UHGV virus genome: UHGV-0197534
DNA from: a virus
DNA length: 35,469 nt
Direction: 5' to 3' (one strand)
Shown: positions 1-6,214 of the stretch, in pieces
Position numbering within the stretch: the first letter of the stretch is position 1
Layout of the letters: the number at the start of each line of letters is the position of its first letter
The notes under the pieces: generated by a model
The model's database searches: none
What the model was told of the DNA's origin: nothing
What the model saw: only the letters and a program-made list of their open reading frames with translations
Made by a program: the position numbers and the translations under genes

Positions 1-3
1 ATT

Positions 4-342
4 ATGGAAGATGTAGAGAGGATACTTCACGCAAATGGAATAGAACTGGTTTTATTGGATATCGAAAAAGAAGGCTATTATCTTGATAAAGAGAAAACTA
101 TGGTCGTATGTAAAAATCTTTCTGATCAAAAGATGAAAAGAGTAATTCTACATGAACTTAAACATGCTTTAGACCATTCTGAACTCACACCTCTTTATGA
201 TAGGTTTACATTTCATGCGAAAATGGAAGCCGAGGCCAACTCCTATATGGTTAATTATTTAATTAACGAGAATGATGGTTACTTTAATTATTCGGATGTT
301 TTAAAGGAGTTTAATCTTGGTCTAGGTTGGAGTCCAAAGTAA
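4..342 (+). CDS. ImmA/IrrE-family Zn-metallopeptidase (anti-repressor protease partner of the XRE repressor)
   Basis: 112 aa with HELKH (HEXXH) motif about 50 aa from the N-terminus. Position after a cI-like repressor (across the window junction) and before int is typical. Its RBS (AGGAG) is formed by the window end 35458..35462. Confidence 0.6.
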   Translation: MEDVERILHANGIELVLLDIEKEGYYLDKEKTMVVCKNLSDQKMKRVILHELKHALDHSELTPLYDRFTFHAKMEAEANSYMVNYLINENDGYFNYSDVLKEFNLGLGWSPK

Positions 343-423
343 AAAAGCCCACGGTGCGACGTGGACTAATAACCCATCTTGAGTTCGGGCAAATTAATTA
401 TAACAAGGAAAAGGGGAAAAAGC

Positions 424-1002
424 ATGTCAAAAAAAATAATGGGTGAAGATGGCAAGATGTACAAGGTGAAAAAGCCATTTTACAAGAAAGTGTGGTTTTG
501 GATTTTAGCAGTAATAATTGTCGTAGTAATAGGTGGTGCATTAGGCGGTTCCGATGATAAAAGCGCTAACGACAATGGTGGTAAAAAAGTTGAAAGTACT
601 GAGAAATCTTCCAGCAAAGACAATAAAGAAGAAAACAATTTCTATAATGTGGGAGACACTGTAAAAGTTGGAGATGTTACTTACACTTTGAACAGCGTAG
701 CTTTAACAGATGAAAGAAATGAGTTCGAGGAAAACAAGCCCGCTCAAGTAGTTAAAATTACTTATACAGTAAAAAATGATGGCGATTCTGACATACCTGT
801 AGGAACCGATGTCGAAGTATACGGTCCTGATGATAAAAAATCAGAAACATATGCAAATGAGAATACTATGGGGTCTGTTGCTCCTGGGAAACAAATGGAT
901 GTTACAGCTCATTTTTCTTTAAATCAGACTGGAGAAATTGAAATACATTTTAGCCCACTAGTTTCTTTTGAAAAATCAGCTAAGTTTAAGGCCACAGTAT
1001 AA
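424..1002 (+). CDS. Membrane-anchored DUF4352-like protein (possible superinfection-exclusion or lysogenic-conversion protein)
   Basis: ATG at 424 preceded by an AAGGGGAAAAAG RBS. N-terminal TM helix WFWILAVIIVVVIGGALGG, then a Ser/Lys/Asn-rich linker and a beta-rich C-terminal domain. Sits between ImmA and int. Confidence 0.5.
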   Translation: MSKKIMGEDGKMYKVKKPFYKKVWFWILAVIIVVVIGGALGGSDDKSANDNGGKKVESTEKSSSKDNKEENNFYNVGDTVKVGDVTYTLNSVALTDERNEFEENKPAQVVKITYTVKNDGDSDIPVGTDVEVYGPDDKKSETYANENTMGSVAPGKQMDVTAHFSLNQTGEIEIHFSPLVSFEKSAKFKATV

Positions 1003-1130
1003 TAATTAAATAAAAAAATGCGCCTCCTCTCCCCGTCGAAAGTTTGAGTGGCACATTTACACAAAAATAAACCAATCAATAGGCTTATTTGCTATGCCTA
1101 TTGTATCAAAACGGAAGGAACGATTCAATT

Positions 1131-2354
1131 ATGGCAAGAAAAAGGAAAGAACTTTCAGGTTCTGTCGAAGACTTAGGAAATGGTAAGTACAAACTCAGAA
1201 TCATCCTCGGATACAACGAAAAGGGAAATCCCAAGCGAACAAGTAAAAATGTAGAGGCTCCGAATATTAGAAAAGCATATCGTTTGCTTGATGATTGGAT
1301 TGAAGATTTTGAGACCGTTGGATTGACTAATATTGATTTACTAACCATTACATTTGGTCAATTCGTGAAAAATTTTTGGATAAAAGAAGCATCAAGAAAC
1401 CTAGAACCAAAAACTTTCCATAATTACAATAAACATATCAATAATCGATTTATGAATAAATTTGAATATACTTCTCTTGTTGATATTAAGCCATACATGA
1501 TTAAAGATATTATTCTTAATGCTAAGAGAATAAATACAAAAGACCCAGGACGTAATTCTGAAAAGCCACTTAGCAGAGCTACAAAAAAGCAAATGCTTTA
1601 CGCAATCAATAGTGTCTTTCTCATTGCCCAAGAAGAGTATGGGATCATTAAAGACAATCCTGCGCAAAAAGTAAAGATTCCAAAGGAAAAGGGAGTTAAA
1701 AAGAATGTTGAAGAACCCTACTCAGAGGAGGAAATCAACAAAATGATATCTTCTGCCTTCGGTGAAGATATTGAAATTAAAGCACTTATACTCACCGCCT
1801 TTATCACTGCTGCACGTCAAGGCGAAATCGTGGCATTAGAAGAAAAAGATATTGATTTTGACAATAAAAGAATTGTCTTCCATCAAAGAATATCCGAGGT
1901 AGACGGAAAGTCAAATGTACAGTTGCTACCAGGTCTTAAAAATGATGATGATTCAAAGGTTGTTTCTGGTCCTGCCTACTTATTTGATGTGCTGAAAGAT
2001 TTGATTAACCACAACAAAAGGATTCGCTGGAAGTTAAAAGTAAGTCGTTTAGATCATTACTTTATTTTTGACACTAAACAAGATGGAACACTTCCACGTG
2101 GAAGTTATCTATACAAAAAGTTCAAGAGATTCACTAAGCGTCACGATTTGAGACATATTAGATTTCACGATATTCGTCATACATCTGCAACATATTTATT
2201 AAGCAATCCAGAAATGACTGCTAAAGAATTGCAAGAGCGCTTAGGCCATCGCGACTACAACACAACGATGAATATTTACGGTCACGCTCTAAAGAAACAA
2301 CAAGATACAGCCACGATTGCATTTAATAATTTACTGAAAAAGGATATTAAATAA
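1131..2354 (+). CDS. int: Tyrosine site-specific integrase
   Basis: ATG at 1131 after a GGAAGGAA RBS. C-terminal catalytic motifs: HDIRHTSATYLL, LGHRDYNTTMNIYGH. N-terminal SAM-like core-binding region. Confidence 0.9.
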   Translation: MARKRKELSGSVEDLGNGKYKLRIILGYNEKGNPKRTSKNVEAPNIRKAYRLLDDWIEDFETVGLTNIDLLTITFGQFVKNFWIKEASRNLEPKTFHNYNKHINNRFMNKFEYTSLVDIKPYMIKDIILNAKRINTKDPGRNSEKPLSRATKKQMLYAINSVFLIAQEEYGIIKDNPAQKVKIPKEKGVKKNVEEPYSEEEINKMISSAFGEDIEIKALILTAFITAARQGEIVALEEKDIDFDNKRIVFHQRISEVDGKSNVQLLPGLKNDDDSKVVSGPAYLFDVLKDLINHNKRIRWKLKVSRLDHYFIFDTKQDGTLPRGSYLYKKFKRFTKRHDLRHIRFHDIRHTSATYLLSNPEMTAKELQERLGHRDYNTTMNIYGHALKKQQDTATIAFNNLLKKDIK

Positions 2355-2373
2355 CCTGAATTTATTATTCCAA

Positions 2374-2392
2374 GGGGCAGAATTAGGGGCAG
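2374..2392 (+). repeat. Direct GGGGCAG repeats (candidate integrase arm-type sites, left of the att core)
   Basis: GGGGCAG at 2374..2380 and 2386..2392; the same motif recurs right of the tRNA-like core at 2616..2636. Confidence 0.35.
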
Positions 2393-2497
2393 AAAGCAAC
2401 AAACCACTAGATTTTACTCTATGTTTCAACTTTCTTATTTCCTTTCGTGTCACGTCGTGTCATCCTTTACCCTCATTAAATAACACCCTCTTAATCA

Positions 2498-2529
2498 GCG
2501 GGTCGCGGGTTCGAGCCCCTCACGGCCCA
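2498..2529 (+). other. tRNA 3'-end-like fragment (T-arm GGTTCGAGCCC plus acceptor 3' strand); candidate attP core
   Basis: GCGGGTTCGAGCCCCTCACGGCCCA resembles a tRNA T-stem-loop (TTCGAGC fits the TTCRANY T-loop pattern) plus a 7-nt acceptor strand and discriminator A. No matching 5' half is present, so it is a partial gene, as carried in the attP of tRNA-integrating phages. One T-stem mismatch. Confidence 0.4.
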
Positions 2530-2546
2530 TTGGGTGCCAAACCCAC

Positions 2547-2609
2547 GTCACCAGTGCATTCTTGGCTACTTCGGTAGTTTAGAAAAGAATGTGCGTGGTG
2601 ACTTTTTTT
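2547..2609 (+). terminator. Long imperfect hairpin with internal CTAC-TTCG-GTAG mini-hairpin, followed by T7
   Basis: GTCACCAGTGCATTCTT ... AAGAATGTGCGTGGTGAC followed by TTTTTTT; downstream of int and immediately after the tRNA-like fragment. Confidence 0.5.
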
Positions 2610-2615
2610 GTCTCA

Positions 2616-2636
2616 GGGGCAGGTTTTACGGGCAGG
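2616..2636 (+). repeat. GGGGCAG / GGGCAGG direct repeats (candidate arm-type sites, right of the att core)
   Basis: GGGGCAG at 2616..2622 and GGGCAGG at 2630..2636, mirroring the repeats at 2374..2392. Confidence 0.35.
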
Positions 2637-2663
2637 AATCGTAAATTATTAATTTTAAATAAC

Positions 2664-2707
2664 AGAACAGTCCTCATGAAAATCATGTTGTGGACTGTTC
2701 TTTTTTT
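2664..2707 (+). terminator. Rho-independent terminator
   Basis: GAACAGTCC ... GGACTGTTC inverted repeat followed by TTTTTTTT. Confidence 0.55.
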
Positions 2708-2718
2708 CTTAATAAACT

Positions 2719-2754
2719 GTTCGCTTTACAAATGCGAACTTGTGTTCGTATAAT
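2719..2754 (+). promoter_or_regulatory. Sigma-A-like promoter (TTTACA, 18 nt, TATAAT) overlapped by GTTCGC-N9-GCGAAC palindrome plus a third GTTCG half-site
   Basis: -35 TTTACA at 2725..2730 and -10 TATAAT at 2749..2754. Palindrome GTTCGCTTTACAAATGCGAAC at 2719..2739 spans the -35. Drives the plus-strand moron operon. Confidence 0.45.
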
Positions 2755-2772
2755 GTCGGTGAGGTGAAGATT

Positions 2773-3168
2773 ATGATTTACGATGATGAATCAGCTATTA
2801 AACTTTTTTTAGAAGCAAAAAAAATATATGAGGATCGAGGGATGTTAAAGTGGATCGGTTTTTATCTCTCTGATCAAACTGCAGCTATCCAGAAAGATGT
2901 TGCTGAACGTTCAAAGGTCAACAATAAAAAAGAACTAATGTATGGTGAAGAAATCGAAAGAGTGTTGAATGAAGCTAGAATCAAAAACAAACCTGTCGCA
3001 ATACAATTAGAGGCTTTGAATTCTGAGGCGCAATACTTCGATGATATCATTGGATTAATTCGTGGCTATGACGAGCTTGGAATATACATAGATAATCAAA
3101 AAGTTCACTATGACGAAATAAGAAACGTAGAGTTTTACGATTGGCACAAATGGAGTGAGCTAAAATGA
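2773..3168 (+). CDS. Hypothetical protein (moron operon gene 1)
   Basis: ATG at 2773 after a GAGGTGAAG RBS; 131 aa; stop overlaps the next start (ATGA). Confidence 0.55.
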   Translation: MIYDDESAIKLFLEAKKIYEDRGMLKWIGFYLSDQTAAIQKDVAERSKVNNKKELMYGEEIERVLNEARIKNKPVAIQLEALNSEAQYFDDIIGLIRGYDELGIYIDNQKVHYDEIRNVEFYDWHKWSELK

Positions 3169-3377
3169 ATCCTGTTTTAGCCTATGAACAAGGGTACATT
3201 CCCTTTTCAACACTACAAAATATATTGTGGGATTTTGGCCCAAATAGTATTTTTGAAATCGGCGAGAAATGTTTCGCATTTTACTGTAGCAAAGCTAATA
3301 ATTTTCATAATTACGATTATTACATAAAAAGTTATGGGAGTGATCTTTATGCAGAGTCGGAGTGGTTTGGTGAATAG
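3165..3377 (+). CDS. Hypothetical protein (moron operon gene 2)
   Basis: 70 aa ORF translationally coupled to the upstream gene (ATGA overlap). Confidence 0.45.
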   Translation: MNPVLAYEQGYIPFSTLQNILWDFGPNSIFEIGEKCFAFYCSKANNFHNYDYYIKSYGSDLYAESEWFGE

Positions 3378-3603
3378 CATTAAAATTTTGAAGATGTCAG
3401 AACGTCCGCTTGTCTTTTTTAAATTAGACGATCAATCGTGTTTAATTGCTAATCATTCGTTAAATTTCTTAGCTGATGTTGATGATGGTATGCATTTAGC
3501 AATTGCGGGTGAATTAAATGATCGAAACCAATTTGTTGTAAAAAAATACGGCGTAATTGGAAAAACGAAGATTATGATTGAGTTTGATAAATTGTCAGTT
3601 TAA
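3349..3603 (+). CDS. Hypothetical protein (moron operon gene 3)
   Basis: ATG at 3349 after GGGAG RBS; 84 aa; overlaps the previous gene by 29 nt. Confidence 0.4.
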   Translation: MQSRSGLVNSIKILKMSERPLVFFKLDDQSCLIANHSLNFLADVDDGMHLAIAGELNDRNQFVVKKYGVIGKTKIMIEFDKLSV

Positions 3604-3667
3604 TCCCTTTCTTTTAATGATAAAATAATAGAAAATAATTTATTTTATCGAAAGAGGGGATTATCTT

Positions 3668-4129
3668 TTGAAAAGGTTTGTAGGGTTACTATCAATTTTT
3701 GCATTAGTATTTTTGCTGTCTGCTTGTGGCAACAGTGAGAATGACAAAAAGACTGATGAATCATCTACATCAACAGAAACGAGTTCATCAACAAAGAAAT
3801 CAACAAAAGAAAGTTCTAGCAGTACATCAAAGAGTTCTGAAACTATCGAACCTGCAGCTCAGCAACAACAAGCGCCCACAGCTGATGAAGTTCAAGCTTC
3901 CATTGATGCCGAAGATGCTCGTTTAGAAGCTGAATGGCAACAGCAACTACAGGACAATGCGGCAGAATCTGCTCGTGTTGAAGCAGAAGCACAAAGGATT
4001 CAAGACGAACAAAGAGCTGCTGCTGATGCTGAATCCGCACGAGCTGAAGCGGAAGCGCAACGTATCCAAGCTGCCGTTGATGCAGAAAATCAAAGAATGG
4101 CTGAACAAGATAAAGCAAATGGTTATTAA
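3668..4129 (+). CDS. Surface lipoprotein with Ser/Thr-rich linker and Ala/Glu/Gln-rich coiled-coil repeats
   Basis: TTG start after AGAGGGGA RBS. Signal peptide plus lipobox LLSAC at residue 19-20. S/T-rich tract, then imperfect tandem repeat ESARVEAEAQRIQDEQRAAADA / ESARAEAEAQRIQAAVDAE. Confidence 0.6.
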   Translation: MKRFVGLLSIFALVFLLSACGNSENDKKTDESSTSTETSSSTKKSTKESSSSTSKSSETIEPAAQQQQAPTADEVQASIDAEDARLEAEWQQQLQDNAAESARVEAEAQRIQDEQRAAADAESARAEAEAQRIQAAVDAENQRMAEQDKANGY

Positions 4130-4169
4130 TTGCGTACCTTCTCTTAAAGACTAAGAGGAGGTTCTTTTT

Positions 4170-4361
4170 ATGTATTTCAAAAATGATTTTGGGATAATTT
4201 ATTTAGAGAATGGGAAATTGTATGTAGACACAGAGGCTTGTTTTATCACAATCGATCCAAAAAAAGAGGTACACGATAAATTTCTAGAGGAGGAATTCGC
4301 GCTTCAAGTCACAAAGTTAGAAATGGCACAATTAATTTTGCCGCCTAAAAATAGGCCATAA
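4170..4361 (+). CDS. Hypothetical small protein
   Basis: 63 aa; strong RBS AAGAGGAGG 8 nt upstream of ATG. Confidence 0.5.
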   Translation: MYFKNDFGIIYLENGKLYVDTEACFITIDPKKEVHDKFLEEEFALQVTKLEMAQLILPPKNRP

Positions 4362-4362
4362 G

Positions 4363-4398
4363 AAAAAAAGACTGGCCGGAAGCTAGATCGGCCAGTCA
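4363..4398 (-). terminator. Rho-independent terminator ending the late (lysis) operon
   Basis: GACTGGCCG-N10-CGGCCAGTC hairpin followed on the minus strand by a T-run (plus-strand AAAAAAA 4363..4369). Lies between convergent genes. Confidence 0.6.
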
Positions 4399-4471
4399 CA
4401 CACATATCGTTAACAAAGGGATTCTGTTAACAGATTTAAAAATACCACACAATTAAAAATTAAGTCAATGC

Positions 4472-5770
4472 TCAATAAGCTATCTGTTGATTTGGATAAA
4501 TCAGATTCGGATTACTTAACCCGTTTTTCTGCGCTAACACTTGATAGTTTACACCTAATTTGTAAGCAATACTTGAAAGTGTTTCGCCCAACCCAACAGT
4601 GTAGATTCTATTTGAAGCAACTGAACCTTTCACTTTGAGTTGTTGGCCGATAAAAATCAGATTTGGATTAGCCAAACCGTTCAGACTTGCTAATGATTGA
4701 TAAGAAGTATTGTACTTAGCTGCGATACCGGATAAAGTTTCACCGTTTTTGACCACATGAAAATCGCTTGATTGTGCTGGACTTGTAGCGTTTGTTTCGA
4801 TAATTTCTACATCTTTTCGATTAATCCAGCTCATGATCCCATCGAGTAGAACCCTGTTTCCATTAACTTCTTTAACAGTGTAGCTGTTCCCTTTGACCCA
4901 CTGAGGGATTGCTTCACCAGTTAGCCAGTTTATAGCCGCAAAATTGACCTTGACTTTGAACCCTGTTTCTATTTCTTTTTTAGATGTTTCGTTAGCTTCT
5001 TGTCCTTGTTCTACCGCTGGCGGTGTCGTTTCTGGTTTTACAGTAACTTTACCGTCATCGTCTTTGATTGAACCATTGTAGCCGTTATCAGTAATTCCCG
5101 TAAGGTCGATGTTTCCATCTAATCCACCAGCAACATACGTAGATGTAAATTGATAAATCGCTACGCCTTCCATCGATGGGAAAACACTCCAAACTGGACT
5201 TGGCGTCACACTGTAATTCGGATATGCAGCCATCCATAACGAGTTAGGGAACTCTGCAAGAATTTGCTGATAGTTCACATACTGAAGCGTAAACGGTTTA
5301 TACGAATAGTACATCGGTGTGTATCCGGCTTGTTTAATTCGCCGCATGCCGTATAAAATGGTGTCTGTATTGGCTTGCTTGTTCGAACTAGCGCCATGTT
5401 CAAAGTCCAATGCAACAATCGAACCTTTCGGCGTTTGAATTTTTGGCAAGAAATAATCCAAAGTAGTTTTAGCAATACTCATGCTTCCCCACGTATCATA
5501 CCAAATGTAAGTATGAGCACGTTTTCCCTGAGCAATCGTACTTGCTACTTGGCTTTTATATGTCCACTGATCATAAAGACCATTTGCATTATATCCTCCG
5601 ATTTGCGAGATAGAAAACTTATCCGAGCCATAACCGAATTTCCCTTGTGCACCTTGATAAACGGCCCAATCTACACCCTGATCCCCTTTCGCCGCTTGTG
5701 CGGTACTCGGATAAAACGGCAACAAAAAAAGAGCCACAACCAGGCTCATAATAATTTTATTCTTTTTCAT
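4472..5770 (-). CDS. Endolysin: N-terminal signal peptide, GH25 muramidase domain, SH3-like region and two C-terminal LysM domains
   Basis: MKKNKIIMSLVVALFLLPFYPSTAQA signal peptide. GH25-like catalytic region (GVDWAVYQG ... VALDFE). Two LysM repeats (HVVKNGETLSGIAAKY ... ; YTVGLGETLSSIAYKL ...). Confidence 0.85.
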   Translation of the reverse strand: MKKNKIIMSLVVALFLLPFYPSTAQAAKGDQGVDWAVYQGAQGKFGYGSDKFSISQIGGYNANGLYDQWTYKSQVASTIAQGKRAHTYIWYDTWGSMSIAKTTLDYFLPKIQTPKGSIVALDFEHGASSNKQANTDTILYGMRRIKQAGYTPMYYSYKPFTLQYVNYQQILAEFPNSLWMAAYPNYSVTPSPVWSVFPSMEGVAIYQFTSTYVAGGLDGNIDLTGITDNGYNGSIKDDDGKVTVKPETTPPAVEQGQEANETSKKEIETGFKVKVNFAAINWLTGEAIPQWVKGNSYTVKEVNGNRVLLDGIMSWINRKDVEIIETNATSPAQSSDFHVVKNGETLSGIAAKYNTSYQSLASLNGLANPNLIFIGQQLKVKGSVASNRIYTVGLGETLSSIAYKLGVNYQVLAQKNGLSNPNLIYPNQQIAY

Positions 5771-6156
5771 TTAGTCCTCCTTGTTTGTTTGGTCAGATTT
5801 GAAACTATCTAAAAACCTTTGAAATAGATCAGTCGTACCGCCCAACTTTTGATAATTCTCCAAAATGGATTTCAATTCCATCAGCAAGTACCCCACGTAC
5901 AACGTGTAAATTAACGCCGTACCTGTTGCTCCTGGTACGATCACTGACAAAGGAATGAAAAACATCAGTAGAATTACGCTAACTATCTTCCTCAAAATCC
6001 CGTTAATCCCAACCTTTGACTTAAACTCAATATCAGGATTAACCTTCGCCGCAATGGTTCCTGTTAGAAAGTCAATCACCATCGCTGCACAAATCAACGC
6101 TAAAATGAAAAGAATTTTCTGATCCTCGGTTTCCAAAAAGTGCCTAAAATAATCGA
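5771..6156 (-). CDS. Holin (multi-pass small membrane protein)
   Basis: ATG at 6156 after AGGAAGAGGG RBS. About 128 aa with 2-3 TM helices and a charged C-terminus. Immediately upstream of the endolysin, stop abutting the lysin start. Confidence 0.7.
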
Positions 6157-6214
6157 ACATGTCCATTTTTCCCTCTTCCTTTCCAAATTTGAAAAAACAC
6201 ACTCGAAAGTGTGC

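Noticed and set aside
1106-1667. Minus-strand ORFs 1106..1348 and 1401..1667
   Set aside because: They are antisense to the well-supported integrase gene and their products are of low complexity.
2498-2529. Possibility that the tRNA-like fragment is a complete tRNA or tmRNA gene
   Set aside because: No D-arm, anticodon arm or 5' acceptor strand can be found upstream on either strand. Only the T-arm and 3' acceptor portion is present, so it is treated as an att core fragment rather than a gene.
3726-4154. ORFs 3726..3926 (+), 3843..4118 (-) and 3957..4154 (+) inside and antisense to the lipoprotein gene
   Set aside because: They overlap the repeat-rich Q/A/E-coding region of 3668..4129. Their products are low-complexity (poly-Q/K/L), typical of alternative-frame shadows of a repetitive gene. 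The lipoprotein frame has the signal peptide, lipobox and RBS.
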